Assembly: GCA_017427945.1 (NCBI GenBank)
Contig: JAFRRT010000021.1
Span: forward strand, 2,259 to 66,258
Origin: Muribaculaceae bacterium
GTDB taxonomy: Bacteria; Bacteroidota; Bacteroidia; Bacteroidales; Muribaculaceae
Length of the DNA stretch: 64,000 nt
Direction: 5' to 3'
This document shows positions 8,829 through 18,702 of the stretch, one piece after another. The position numbers were made by a program, and so were the translations under genes. The notes beneath the pieces are model-generated. The model saw nothing but the letters and a program-made list of their open reading frames with translations. It had not been told where the DNA came from and searched no databases. Each line of letters starts with the position of its first letter. The first letter of the stretch is position 1.

Positions 8829-10010
8829 ATGAAAAAGATTGCATTAACCTTGGCAGCCATCATCTGCCTCGCCACCTCGGCAATGGCGCAAATCTCCGAG
8901 AACCAGACCCTTTCCACCACATTGTGGAAGCAGGGTATCGCCACTTGTGCCCATTACACAGCCTATGCGCGCGGCTTTGGCAAGCGGGCCGAAGAGATCA
9001 AGTCCCAATATCCCCAAGGCTACACTATTGATGACCTGAACAATGGGGTGTACAGCAACCAAGGCAGGAAATGGGAGAAAATCTACAATGAGTTCAAGGA
9101 AGCCGAAGAGAAGAACGGAAGCATCAACGACCTGAAGGAACTCGTGACGCCGCAAATCTGGAAACTCGTTGAACCCGAGTTCCAGGCGTTCATCACCGAC
9201 CATCCTGAAGCATTGAAGGAAATGCCACCGCAACCGGCCGACGAACAAGCCGAAGCCGACGGTGAAGGCAATGCAAAGGATAATGCCACTGGCGAAGCTG
9301 CTCCCGCCAAGGCAAAGGCAGCCAAATCAGGCGCACCTGCCTGCTCGGCAAATCTGCCCCTGTGGCTGAGTATCATCGGCGCTCTGTTGGGCCTGTGGGC
9401 CCTGCTCACCGCCCTGAGCAACCGCGGCAAACTCAAAGAGATGCGCCGCAATTTCGCCCGTGAGTTGGAGCGCACCAACGCCAACTTGCAGGAGTTCTCG
9501 ACCGACGCCGCCGACCAGATGAAGGCGCTGTCAATCAGGCTGACCGGTAAGGCCATCCGCAAGGATGACAACTTCGAGGAGCCTGTCGTAGAAGACGAAC
9601 CCGTAGAGGGCGAGCCCGAGACGGAAGAAGCCGTTGAGGAAGAGCCCCAGATTGAAGAAGTCGTTGAACAGGCCGTTGAGGAACCGCGTGAGCCTATCAC
9701 CTTGTTCATGTCCAAGCCCGACGAGAACGACGATTTCACCCGCGTGAGCGACACCTTAGAGCCCGGCAACTCCCTCTATGTGCTGGACAGCAAGGACGGT
9801 GAACACGGAACCTTTGAGGTCATCGACAAGCCCGAAGTACACCGCATGGCATTGATGATGCCCACCGAGAACCTGATTCGTGCCTGCTCGGGCAACGCCA
9901 TCCAGATTCCCAGCGGCAACCGCATCGTTACCGACCGTCCCGGTGAGGCAGAATTCATCGACGGCAAATGGCACGTTGTAGTCAAGGCCATTATCCACTA
10001 CGAAGGATAA
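8829..10010 (+). CDS. Signal-peptide protein with an internal TM helix, coiled coil, acidic linker and C-terminal globular domain
   Basis: N-terminal signal sequence; TM LPLWLSIIGALLGLWALLTAL; helical segment KLKEMRRNFARELERTNANLQEF; E/V/P-rich linker. Confidence 0.75.
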   Translation: MKKIALTLAAIICLATSAMAQISENQTLSTTLWKQGIATCAHYTAYARGFGKRAEEIKSQYPQGYTIDDLNNGVYSNQGRKWEKIYNEFKEAEEKNGSINDLKELVTPQIWKLVEPEFQAFITDHPEALKEMPPQPADEQAEADGEGNAKDNATGEAAPAKAKAAKSGAPACSANLPLWLSIIGALLGLWALLTALSNRGKLKEMRRNFARELERTNANLQEFSTDAADQMKALSIRLTGKAIRKDDNFEEPVVEDEPVEGEPETEEAVEEEPQIEEVVEQAVEEPREPITLFMSKPDENDDFTRVSDTLEPGNSLYVLDSKDGEHGTFEVIDKPEVHRMALMMPTENLIRACSGNAIQIPSGNRIVTDRPGEAEFIDGKWHVVVKAIIHYEG

Positions 10011-10027
10011 ACCCTCAATGAGCTAAC

Positions 10028-10125
10028 AGTTAATAGTTAATAGAGAATAGTTGGCAGACTATAACCGTCAACGGGTTAAAGCAACCAACGAAAATCTATT
10101 AACTATTAACTATTCTCTATTAACT
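10028..10125. repeat. Palindromic heptamer element (GTTAATA/GAGAATA arms in inverted orientation)
   Basis: Left arm GTTAATA GTTAATA GAGAATA GTT; the right arm is a reverse-complement array CTATTAACTATTAACTATTCTCTATTAACT. Confidence 0.8.
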
Positions 10126-10133
10126 CAAAAAAC

Positions 10134-10577
10134 ATGCGCTGGACCTGTCCAAAATGCGGCAAAAAGTTGGAAATCAGCAACGAGCAACTCATCGCCAATG
10201 ATGGCGTGATTGTTTGCCCGCAGTGCTTGCTGCAGGCTCGCCAGCCCATTCCCACTGCCCGCGTCGCGGCAAAATATGACAAGGCCGATGCGGACACCAC
10301 ACCCCCAAAACGCACCAAAAACAGTACCCCTCCCCCACACAAGCCCCGCATGAAACAGGCCAAAACGTCCTACCGCTACACCGGCCTCAGTGGCGACAAC
10401 AACAGAGCCACACGTCCATCTACCAAGAAGAAAAGCACCAAAAAGAAATCCAAGAAGAAAAAAGGCAAGGATGAAGGCATGAGCCCGTTGGGCTGCCTGG
10501 GCCGCACCATCATTTTCACGCTGGTGCTGTTCGCCGTTTATGTCTTCTTCGGCCTGTTGCTCGAATCCTTTCAATAA
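10134..10577 (+). CDS. Zinc-ribbon (MJ0042-like) protein with a Lys-rich linker and C-terminal TM helix
   Basis: CPKC...CPQC at the N-terminus; hydrophobic C-terminus. Confidence 0.75.
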   Translation: MRWTCPKCGKKLEISNEQLIANDGVIVCPQCLLQARQPIPTARVAAKYDKADADTTPPKRTKNSTPPPHKPRMKQAKTSYRYTGLSGDNNRATRPSTKKKSTKKKSKKKKGKDEGMSPLGCLGRTIIFTLVLFAVYVFFGLLLESFQ

Positions 10578-10660
10578 CCCCCGCCAAAGCGCCTCCCCGT
10601 TCTTAAAAACAGATAACACAATTTAAGGATATTTCGTGCAGGAATATCGTGCAAAAAGTG

Positions 10661-10668
10661 TAACTTTG
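10661..10668 (+). promoter_or_regulatory. -7 box TAACTTTG
   Basis: TAnnTTTG consensus upstream of the DUF4491 gene. Confidence 0.55.
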
Positions 10669-10727
10669 CAGGACATTTTCGGTCAAGCCACAAAACGGCC
10701 TTGACACGCGGCAAATTTCATGGAGAG

Positions 10728-11072
10728 ATGGCGGATTTTCTCTCGACATATCATTTACAGGGTCTGGTGTTGGGCCTGTGCTCATTCCTGATCATCGGCA
10801 TCTGCCACCCCATCGTCATCAAGGGGGAGTACCATTTTGGACAACGGTTCAAGTGGTTTTTCCTTATTGCAGGTGTGTTGTTGTGCATCGGTTCGCTGAT
10901 GGTCAACAGCGTGATGTTGTCTGCACTGATGGGCGTGGGTGCATTCTCGTGCTTCTGGGGCATCAAGGAGATGGCCGAGCAGCAGGAGCGCGTGCGCAAG
11001 GGCTGGTTTCCCCGCAACCCCAAGCGCACCTACCCTTGGGATGAGAAAGCCGACAAGAAAGACAACGAATAA
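10728..11072 (+). CDS. DUF4491-family membrane protein
   Basis: GLCSFLIIGICHPIVIKGEYHFG and EQQERVRKGWFPRNPKR motifs. ATG 10728 preferred to TTG 10701. Confidence 0.85.
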   Translation: MADFLSTYHLQGLVLGLCSFLIIGICHPIVIKGEYHFGQRFKWFFLIAGVLLCIGSLMVNSVMLSALMGVGAFSCFWGIKEMAEQQERVRKGWFPRNPKRTYPWDEKADKKDNE

Positions 11073-11078
11073 TCGATT

Positions 11079-12908
11079 GTGAAGACGGTGAAGGCGATAA
11101 CCTTGACAACAGTCATGCTTGTGCTGCTTGGCACGGCGATGAGTGCGGCTCACAATGTGAGCGGCACCATTACCTGTGACGGACAGGGTGTCGCCGGTGT
11201 GCCCGTGAGCGACGGTTATGAGGTGGTCCTTACCGATGCCAATGGCCATTATGAGATGACCAGCGGCAAGTACAACGGTTATGTGTTCTACACGCTGCCC
11301 GGCGGTTACGAGCCGATGCTTGCCGATGGCTTCAATCCGCAATTCTGGGCACCGCTCGATTCACATGACGTCAATGTGAGCGAGACACATGATTTTGAAC
11401 TGCGCCGTGTGGACAATGACCACCACATCATGGTCTTCGGTGCCGACACGCATCTGGCACGCCGCATCACCGACCGCGCCTTTTTCAAGAAAGGTTTCCT
11501 CGCCAGCATGAACGAGGAGGTAGAACAAGCGGGCGACCTGCCCATCTATTCCACACTGCTGGGCGACCTCACCTGGGACGTGTTCTGGACCCAGAACGAT
11601 TATGACCTACACGATTTCATGGCCGACATGAAAACATGGAACTATCCCATGACGCTGTGGCCCGTTATCGGTAACCACGACCACGACCCCAGCGTGCCTG
11701 CCGGCTCTACCACCGACTTTGACGCCGCCCAGGCATGGCGCGACATCGTTTGCCCGAATTACTACAGTTTCAACTTGGGCAAGATTCATTATGTCGTCCT
11801 TGATGACATTAATTACCTGAACGAGGCGATACCCGGCGAAAACTACTCCGAGGGTGTCGTCGGCAGCCGCAACTACCGCGGAGTCATCGCTGATTATCAA
11901 CTCAACTGGCTGCGTAAGGATTTGGCGCAAGTGGAGCACAATGTTCCTCTGGTCGTGTGCATACACATCCCCGCTTGGTCAGTCACCTCCCAGTTCGGCT
12001 ATTACTCGCGACTGGACAACACCTACGCGCTGTGTTCCATTCTCAGGCATTATGACAACGTCCACATCGTGAGCGGCCACACCCACGGCAACTATACCGT
12101 GCGCACCTCAGGCTATCCCAACATCACCGAGCATAACATCGCCGCTGTGTGCGGCACGCTGTGGTGGAGCGCGTCAGTGTCAGGCCACAACGTTTGCCAT
12201 GACGGCAGCCCCGCGGGTTATTCACTGTGGGAAGCCGATGGCGACAACCTACGCTGGACGTACAAGGCCACAGGAAACGGCAATGACCAGATGCGCTTGT
12301 ATGACATGAACACCGTGCGCAACTTTTATCGCACCAACAGCACGATATCTGCTCTCTTGAACGAATATCCCTCGCGGGTGGATTTCTCGACGATTGACGA
12401 CAACTTGGTCATGGTAAATGTGTTTGCCTATGACAACGACTGGCAGATAAGCATCTGCGAGGGCGACAGCCTGCTGGGTTGCCAACGTGTTTGCACCGAA
12501 GACCCCTTCCACACCATTGCCCTTGACGTGCCGCGATGGGATGCCGTAGGCTACTTTTCATCAGACTATGCCACAAGCCGTAACACCCACATGTTCGAGG
12601 CCCAGGCCGTGACAGCGACCGAGCCCATCACGGTGCGCGTCATCGACAGATTCGGCAACATTCATCTGCGTTCCATCTCCAGGCCGCACACCTACAGTGC
12701 CAGCATGGAAAAGCAGGAGACCAAATTAACTGCCGGCGACGTGAATGCCGACAGGGAGATAAACATTACCGACGTGAACGCCATCATCAACATGATTACC
12801 ACCGGTAAACGGAAGGGTTATGTGCCCGTCCTCATCGACTGCAATGCCGACAACGAAGTGAACATTGCTGATGTGAACAAAATCATTGACACAATCATAA
12901 CACAATAA
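11079..12908 (+). CDS. Secreted calcineurin-like metallophosphoesterase with a C-terminal dockerin-like domain
   Basis: Motifs [19 protein letters not shown] and SGHTH. C-terminal [15 protein letters not shown] / [14 protein letters not shown]. Confidence 0.85.
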   Translation: MKTVKAITLTTVMLVLLGTAMSAAHNVSGTITCDGQGVAGVPVSDGYEVVLTDANGHYEMTSGKYNGYVFYTLPGGYEPMLADGFNPQFWAPLDSHDVNVSETHDFELRRVDNDHHIMVFGADTHLARRITDRAFFKKGFLASMNEEVEQAGDLPIYSTLLGDLTWDVFWTQNDYDLHDFMADMKTWNYPMTLWPVIGNHDHDPSVPAGSTTDFDAAQAWRDIVCPNYYSFNLGKIHYVVLDDINYLNEAIPGENYSEGVVGSRNYRGVIADYQLNWLRKDLAQVEHNVPLVVCIHIPAWSVTSQFGYYSRLDNTYALCSILRHYDNVHIVSGHTHGNYTVRTSGYPNITEHNIAAVCGTLWWSASVSGHNVCHDGSPAGYSLWEADGDNLRWTYKATGNGNDQMRLYDMNTVRNFYRTNSTISALLNEYPSRVDFSTIDDNLVMVNVFAYDNDWQISICEGDSLLGCQRVCTEDPFHTIALDVPRWDAVGYFSSDYATSRNTHMFEAQAVTATEPITVRVIDRFGNIHLRSISRPHTYSASMEKQETKLTAGDVNADREINITDVNAIINMITTGKRKGYVPVLIDCNADNEVNIADVNKIIDTIITQ

Positions 12909-12915
12909 CGACACT

Positions 12916-13599
12916 ATGCGAATCGATATTCTCACCGTCATACCCGAGGCACTGGAATCGCCGCTTCACACCTCTATCCTGCAACGCGCGCAGGACAAGG
13001 GGCTGGTGGAGATTCATGTGCACAATCTGCGTGACTGGAGCCTGCGCAAGCACCGCAAGGTGGACGACTACCCCTTTGGCGGAGAAGCCGGCATGGTGAT
13101 GCAGATTGAACCCGTGTGGCGCTGCATGGAGGAACTGAAAAGCCAGCGCGAATATGACGAGATCATCTTCACCTCACCCGACGGTGAACAGCTATCACAG
13201 CCTATGGCCAACGCCCTGTCGCTGAAAGAGAACCTGATGATCTTGTGCGGACACTACAAGGGCGTGGACTACCGCATACGCGAGCATCTCATCACCCGCG
13301 AAATCACCATCGGTGACTATGTCCTCACGGGCGGTGAACTGCCGGCGGCAGTCATTGCCGATGCCGTGGTCAGGCTGATTCCCGGTGCCATAGGTGATGA
13401 GCAGAGTGCATTGAGCGACTCTTTTCAAGACGGGCTCATCGAAGCACCTGTCTATACCCGCCCCGAGGTCTTCAACGGCTGGCGGGTCCCTGAAATCCTG
13501 CTGAGCGGGCATCAGGCTAAAATCGCCGAGTGGAAGATGCAGATGTCATTGGAACGCACCCGACGTTTGCGTCCTAACCTGCTCAAAGACCAAGATTGA
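12916..13599 (+). CDS. trmD: tRNA (guanine37-N1)-methyltransferase
   Basis: [35 protein letters not shown] and LLSGHQAKI motifs. Confidence 0.97.
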   Translation: MRIDILTVIPEALESPLHTSILQRAQDKGLVEIHVHNLRDWSLRKHRKVDDYPFGGEAGMVMQIEPVWRCMEELKSQREYDEIIFTSPDGEQLSQPMANALSLKENLMILCGHYKGVDYRIREHLITREITIGDYVLTGGELPAAVIADAVVRLIPGAIGDEQSALSDSFQDGLIEAPVYTRPEVFNGWRVPEILLSGHQAKIAEWKMQMSLERTRRLRPNLLKDQD

Positions 13600-13640
13600 A
13601 ACAACAAGTAATACATAAACAATCATCATAATAACCGACA

Positions 13641-13949
13641 ATGGCAGCATTAAAATTTCAACGTCCCAAGTGGATACCTCGGTGGCTCAACATACCGTTG
13701 CTCATTTTTGTGGGCTTTGTAGTGGTATTGTTGTTCTTTGGTGACAACAACTACATGCGCATCAGCAAATACCGCTCTCAAATCAATGAGCTCAAGAGCC
13801 AAATCAAGAACAACCAGGACTCGGCAGCAATGTATGAGACCAAAATCAACGAACTGAACACCGACAACGAGACGCTGGAACGCCTGGTCCGTGAGAAATA
13901 CGGCATGAAGCGTACCAACGAGGAGGTTTACATCACCGACATCCCCTGA
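13641..13949 (+). CDS. Septum formation initiator (FtsB/DivIC family)
   Basis: TM helix + coiled coil + LERLVREKYGMKR motif. Confidence 0.85.
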   Translation: MAALKFQRPKWIPRWLNIPLLIFVGFVVVLLFFGDNNYMRISKYRSQINELKSQIKNNQDSAAMYETKINELNTDNETLERLVREKYGMKRTNEEVYITDIP

Positions 13950-13950
13950 C

Positions 13951-14331
13951 ATGAATATGGAGACACAAGAGAGAATCAGTATCTCAGGCGTACTGCTTAT
14001 TATCGGCCTGCTCATCATGGCAGTGATGGCCCTGATGCCGTTGCTCAACATCAACCCTCAATGGATGAAGTGGATGCGTTGGATTTATGCCGGCGGCGCC
14101 GTCTTGGTGCTGGTAGCACGCATTGTGGGAGTTTACAACGGCCCATCACTGCGTATTAAGCGCCTGCACCGCATCCTCATCTCCAGTGGCATCCTGTATT
14201 GCGCCAGTGCCTTGATGATGTTCATCTCTAACGGCACCAACGACTGGATTGGCTTCCTGCTGGCGGGTGTGATGGTGCAACTGTACGCCTCGTGGATGAT
14301 TGAGCACGAAGAGAAGAAATCAGAAAAATAG
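13951..14331 (+). CDS. Hypothetical 4-TM membrane protein
   Basis: 126-aa hydrophobic ORF within the operon. Confidence 0.75.
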   Translation: MNMETQERISISGVLLIIGLLIMAVMALMPLLNINPQWMKWMRWIYAGGAVLVLVARIVGVYNGPSLRIKRLHRILISSGILYCASALMMFISNGTNDWIGFLLAGVMVQLYASWMIEHEEKKSEK

Positions 14332-14375
14332 CCTTGACCAACGGTATATTATTTTTGTAATTTCCAAGATTTGAG

Positions 14376-14383
14376 TAATTTTG
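14376..14383 (+). promoter_or_regulatory. -7 box TAATTTTG
   Basis: Consensus match just upstream of coaX. Confidence 0.45.
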
Positions 14384-14390
14384 CGCGATA

Positions 14391-15155
14391 ATGAAAGGCA
14401 ATCTTATCATAGATAACGGAAACACGTCGGTGAAGGTGGCATTCTTCATCGGTGCACAGGTGGTTGCCACCAACCGTTTCGTCCGTCGGGACGCGCGGTT
14501 GCTGCAGCGTTTCATCAGCACTTACAAGCCCGACTCTGCCATTGTGTGCAGCACAGCCTCAAGTGCCGCCAGTCAACGCATCGAGGAACTTGCCGATCAA
14601 CGCTGCCGCCGGGTGATTCACCTGACGCACGAGACGCCGATGCCCATCCGTTTGGGATACCGTACCCCGCAGACATTGGGCCGCGACCGCATCGCCACAG
14701 CAGTGGGTGCCTGGGGCATTGCCCAGCGTCTCGACAACGCCAGCGATGTGTTGGTCATTGATGCAGGCACTGCCATCACCTATGACCTGGTAACTGCCAA
14801 CGGCTGCTTTGTCGGCGGCAACATCGCCCCCGGCATGAAGTTGCGCTTCAAGGCCTTGCACGAGCACACCGGAAGGCTGCCACTGGTCGATGCCGACGGC
14901 GAGACGCCATTGGTGGGTTATGATACCGACACGGCCATCCGCAGCGGCGTCATGCTGGGTTTGCTGGGCGAAATCAGGTGCTACATCGCCGACCTCAAAC
15001 TCTCCCACCCCAACCTGATGGTCTTCCTCACCGGTGGTGACGGCAAATTGCTGCACAAGCTCATCGGAGACAAGAGCATCATTTATCACGAACTGCTTGC
15101 GGCTGAAGGCCTCAACCGCATCCTATTATACAATCAGGCAAATGAAAAGCTATAA
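14391..15155 (+). CDS. coaX: Type III pantothenate kinase
   Basis: IIDNGNTSVK, LGRDR and VIDAGTAITYD motifs. Confidence 0.93.
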   Translation: MKGNLIIDNGNTSVKVAFFIGAQVVATNRFVRRDARLLQRFISTYKPDSAIVCSTASSAASQRIEELADQRCRRVIHLTHETPMPIRLGYRTPQTLGRDRIATAVGAWGIAQRLDNASDVLVIDAGTAITYDLVTANGCFVGGNIAPGMKLRFKALHEHTGRLPLVDADGETPLVGYDTDTAIRSGVMLGLLGEIRCYIADLKLSHPNLMVFLTGGDGKLLHKLIGDKSIIYHELLAAEGLNRILLYNQANEKL

Positions 15156-16383
15156 GAGAATACTTTTAATGGTGCTTACCGTAGCCATGGGCTGCGGTGC
15201 GGCACAGTCACAAACCATCAATACTCCGTACTCCAAGATGGGCTACGGCATGCTCAACGATAACGTGTCGAGCATTCAACGCTCGATGGGAGGCGTGGGT
15301 TATGCCATGAAGGGCGGACGCATCGTCAACGTGATGAACCCTGCTTCCTATGCCGACGTGGACTCCCTCACCTACCTGTGGGACGTGGGCATTGACTTGA
15401 CGAACCTGTGGAGCAAAGAGAATGACAACAAGGGATACAGCTTTGGCGGCGGACTGGACTACCTGACCGGACATTTCAAGGTTGCCAAAAAGTTAGGCGC
15501 AGCATTCGGACTGTTGCCCTATTCGTCTGTCGGTTACGCCTATGGAGGTGATATCACTGGCGGCAGTGAGGCGCGCAGCGGCAGTGGCGGTCTCAACCAG
15601 CTGTTCCTGGGTGTGGGTTATGAGCCTATCAAGAACCTGAGCGTGGGTGTGAACTTCGCCTACCTCTTCGGTTCGACATCCAACACGACGCTCATCAACG
15701 CAACCTCAACGAGCTACTTCACCCGCAACATGAGCATCAGGGACTGGAACGCCCAAGCCGGTATCCAGTACAGCCTGCCCATTGCCAAAGGTCGTGACAG
15801 GCTCACCCTGGGTGCATCTTTCCAACCCAAGAAGTCGTTCCACGGCAACACATGGGGTACCAGTTTCGACAGTCAGGACACCAAAGTGGACACCATCGGC
15901 TACACCTCGATGAAGGGCAACTATGAGCAGCCCGCCACCATCGGCGTAGGACTGAGTTATGACTTTGACCGCCGTCTTACCGTTGAAGCCGACTACACTT
16001 ATCAGGCCTGGAGCAAAGCAAAATATCTTCCCATCGCCGGTTTTGAGCCCCAAACGATGCAGTTTGACGACCGCTGGAAACTTGCTGCCGGTGTTCAGTA
16101 CTCACCCAACAAGCGCGGCAGCTTCTTCGGAGCGATGTCTTTCCGTGCCGGTGTCTTCTACAACCACGACTATCTGAACTACAACGGCAACAACGTGCGG
16201 GACTACGGTGCCAGCATCGGTGTAGGACTTCCCGCTCCCAACAGCAAGACTACTGTCAACCTGGGATTGGAATGGCGCCACCGCGAGACCAGCCCGGTAC
16301 AACTCATCACCGAGAACTACCTCAACATTACGCTGGGCGTGAATTTCAACGAGTTGTGGTTCTGGAAGAGCCGCATCCGTTAA
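15142..16383 (+). CDS. Outer-membrane beta-barrel protein (FadL-like family)
   Basis: Signal peptide; TPYSKMGYG and NPASY motifs; alternating beta-strand pattern; ends WFWKSRIR. ATG 15142 chosen as start. Confidence 0.75.
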   Translation: MKSYKRILLMVLTVAMGCGAAQSQTINTPYSKMGYGMLNDNVSSIQRSMGGVGYAMKGGRIVNVMNPASYADVDSLTYLWDVGIDLTNLWSKENDNKGYSFGGGLDYLTGHFKVAKKLGAAFGLLPYSSVGYAYGGDITGGSEARSGSGGLNQLFLGVGYEPIKNLSVGVNFAYLFGSTSNTTLINATSTSYFTRNMSIRDWNAQAGIQYSLPIAKGRDRLTLGASFQPKKSFHGNTWGTSFDSQDTKVDTIGYTSMKGNYEQPATIGVGLSYDFDRRLTVEADYTYQAWSKAKYLPIAGFEPQTMQFDDRWKLAAGVQYSPNKRGSFFGAMSFRAGVFYNHDYLNYNGNNVRDYGASIGVGLPAPNSKTTVNLGLEWRHRETSPVQLITENYLNITLGVNFNELWFWKSRIR

Positions 16384-16387
16384 CAAC

Positions 16388-16987
16388 GTGAGACGACTAC
16401 TGCACATAGCTTTTGCGCTGCTCGTGGTGACAGTCGGGATGGCCGGATGCAAGGATGACTCCACCAGTATGGTGAGCCATGCCACCGATCCCGAAAAAGT
16501 ACCCACCATGACAACATCTGACGTGCAGACTGTCATCAGCGACTCGGGGCACACCCGATACCGCATCGCCGCTCCGTCGTGGAACATGTTTGAAGAAGCC
16601 AAAGAGCCGCATTGGACTTTTCCCGAAGGGGTGACCTGTGAGGAACTGGACAACAATTACAACACCGTTTCCACCATCAAATGCGACTCGGCCTATTTTG
16701 ACAAGAACAAATCCCTGTGGAAACTGGTCGGCAATGTGCACATCACTAATGTCTCTGGCGACATTGTGACCACTGACGAGCTGATGTGGGACCAGCATCT
16801 ACACAAGCTTTACAGCAACGCGTTCATCCACATCGAGAAACAGGGCCGCATCATCGAGGGATATGGATATGAGTCGAACGAGCGGCTCACCACCTACCAG
16901 TTGAGGCAGGTGGAGGCCATCTTCCCCATCGACGAGCGGCGCATGCCTCACCCTAACAGTGGCAATGCTCCTCAAAAAATGAGATGA
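16388..16987 (+). CDS. lptC: LPS export periplasmic protein LptC-like (lipoprotein)
   Basis: Lipobox MAGC; WTFPEG, DSAYF and TDELMWDQ segments; conserved Bacteroidetes gene order. Confidence 0.75.
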   Translation: MRRLLHIAFALLVVTVGMAGCKDDSTSMVSHATDPEKVPTMTTSDVQTVISDSGHTRYRIAAPSWNMFEEAKEPHWTFPEGVTCEELDNNYNTVSTIKCDSAYFDKNKSLWKLVGNVHITNVSGDIVTTDELMWDQHLHKLYSNAFIHIEKQGRIIEGYGYESNERLTTYQLRQVEAIFPIDERRMPHPNSGNAPQKMR

Positions 16988-17030
16988 CATGCACAACGAA
17001 CTGACAACAACGATATTATTATAAATCATT

Positions 17031-18320
17031 TTGGATCCTAGTTACACCACTCCGCTGATTATCGCGCTCATCGCGCTGCTGTGCTCGGCCTTCTTCTCGG
17101 GCATGGAAATCGCCTTTGTGTCTTCCAATAAAGTGCGGGCCGAGATCGAGATGGCGCGCGGCGGTATCATCAACCGCATACTCAACATCTATTACCGCAA
17201 CCGCGAGATGTTCATCTCCACGTTGCTGATTGGCAACAACATAGCCAACATCGTGTACTCGATGGCTATGGCAAAACTGCTCACCATCCCCTTGCAGAGT
17301 TGGGTAGGCAACGAGGCGGTACTGCTGTTGGTGCAGACCATTATTGCCACACTGATTATTCTCATCTTCGGAGAGTTCGTTCCCAAGACGATATTCCGCA
17401 TCAACCCCAATGCCTCATTGCGCACGGCCTCCATCCCCCTGTTCATGGCATATTGCACGCTCTACCCCATCTCACGCTTCACCGAGTGGCTGTCAGCGTC
17501 GCTGATGAAACTGTTCGGCATCAAGATTGACTCTACCAGGGTGCGCCTGCTCACCGTTGACGAGCTGGATGCCTACCTGCAAGAGAACATCGACAAACGT
17601 GAGGATGAGAACAAGAGCGTGGAGCGCGAGGTCAAAATTTTTGAGAACGCCCTCGACTTCAGCGACACCCGCCTGAGGGACTGCATGGTACCGCGTAATG
17701 AGATTGTCGCCGTCGATGTCGAAGAGACCACACGCGAGGACCTGGTAAAACTGTTTACACGTTCAGGACTGTCCAAGATTGTGGTCTATAAGGAGAGCAT
17801 CGACGATGTCATCGGCTTTATCCAGGTCAGTGAACTGTTCGTTACCACTGTTGACTGGAAAACCCGCCTCAAACCTGTGGTGTTTGCCCCTGAGACCTTA
17901 CTTGCCCGCAAGATGATGCAGCAACTTATGGACGAAAAACGCTCCATGGCTATCGTCATCGACGAGTTTGGTGGCACCAGCGGCATGGTCACCCTGGAAG
18001 ACCTGGTGGAAGAAATCTTTGGTGAAATCGAGGACGAGCACGACAAGAACCGACTCACTGCCCGACAAATCAACGAGAGTAGCTATGAGTTCTCGGGACG
18101 CATGGAAATCGAGGAAATCAACGAGCGTTTCCACCTCGACATCCCTGAGAGCGACGACTACCAGACCCTTGCCGGCTACCTGCTTGCCGAGGAGGAAGCC
18201 ATCCCCAATGTGGGCGACGTGATTGAGCTGCCGCCATACCGCTTTACCATCGAGCGCAAGACCGCGGCACGCATCGAACTCATCCGTGTAGATATCATCA
18301 GCGAGGACGAGAAGAAATAA
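17031..18320 (+). CDS. HlyC/CorC-family (CNNM/DUF21 + CBS + CorC) transporter
   Basis: FFSGMEIAF, GEFVPK, VIDEFGGTSG, LEDLVEEIFGEIEDEHD and YQTLAG motifs. Confidence 0.92.
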   Translation: MDPSYTTPLIIALIALLCSAFFSGMEIAFVSSNKVRAEIEMARGGIINRILNIYYRNREMFISTLLIGNNIANIVYSMAMAKLLTIPLQSWVGNEAVLLLVQTIIATLIILIFGEFVPKTIFRINPNASLRTASIPLFMAYCTLYPISRFTEWLSASLMKLFGIKIDSTRVRLLTVDELDAYLQENIDKREDENKSVEREVKIFENALDFSDTRLRDCMVPRNEIVAVDVEETTREDLVKLFTRSGLSKIVVYKESIDDVIGFIQVSELFVTTVDWKTRLKPVVFAPETLLARKMMQQLMDEKRSMAIVIDEFGGTSGMVTLEDLVEEIFGEIEDEHDKNRLTARQINESSYEFSGRMEIEEINERFHLDIPESDDYQTLAGYLLAEEEAIPNVGDVIELPPYRFTIERKTAARIELIRVDIISEDEKK

Positions 18321-18415
18321 CCCGCAAGACAAGCAGCAAGACTGCTTATCATGAAAAATGGGTGAATTTAAGCAAAATTTTGTCGAATTATTTGCAATAT
18401 TGAAAAGATTTGCAT

Positions 18416-18423
18416 TATCTTTG
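18416..18423 (+). promoter_or_regulatory. -7 box TATCTTTG of tRNA-Asp
   Basis: Consensus match with an upstream TTTG (-33-like) element. Confidence 0.65.
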
Positions 18424-18450
18424 CACCGCATTTCTGACGAGGTGTAACCA

Positions 18451-18524
18451 GGTGTGTTAGTTCAGTTGGTTAGAATACCTGCCTGTCACGCAGGGGGTCG
18501 CGTGTTCGAGTCACGTACACACCG
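18451..18524 (+). tRNA. tRNA-Asp (GTC)
   Basis: GGTGTGT/ACACACC acceptor stem, anticodon loop CTGTCAC, T-loop TTCGAGT. CCA is not encoded. Confidence 0.96.
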
Positions 18525-18526
18525 CA

Positions 18527-18558
18527 AGAGAGGAATCCATCGAGGATTTCTCTTTTTG
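18527..18558 (+). terminator. Rho-independent terminator after tRNA-Asp
   Basis: AGAGGAATCC...GGATTTCTCT hairpin followed by a T-run. Confidence 0.7.
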
Positions 18559-18702
18559 TTTTATATTCATAGGGTTATTCGTCTATCATACAGACCGTTA
18601 GGGACGGGCGAGCAAGGCTGTCGAAAAAAAATACTTCGAAACCTATAGCAACTCTTAAAAAAAAATACTAAATTTGCGATACATTACTAAAACTATAACT
18701 TC

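Noticed and set aside
18454-18648. 64-aa ORF
   Set aside because: It overlaps tRNA-Asp and its terminator.
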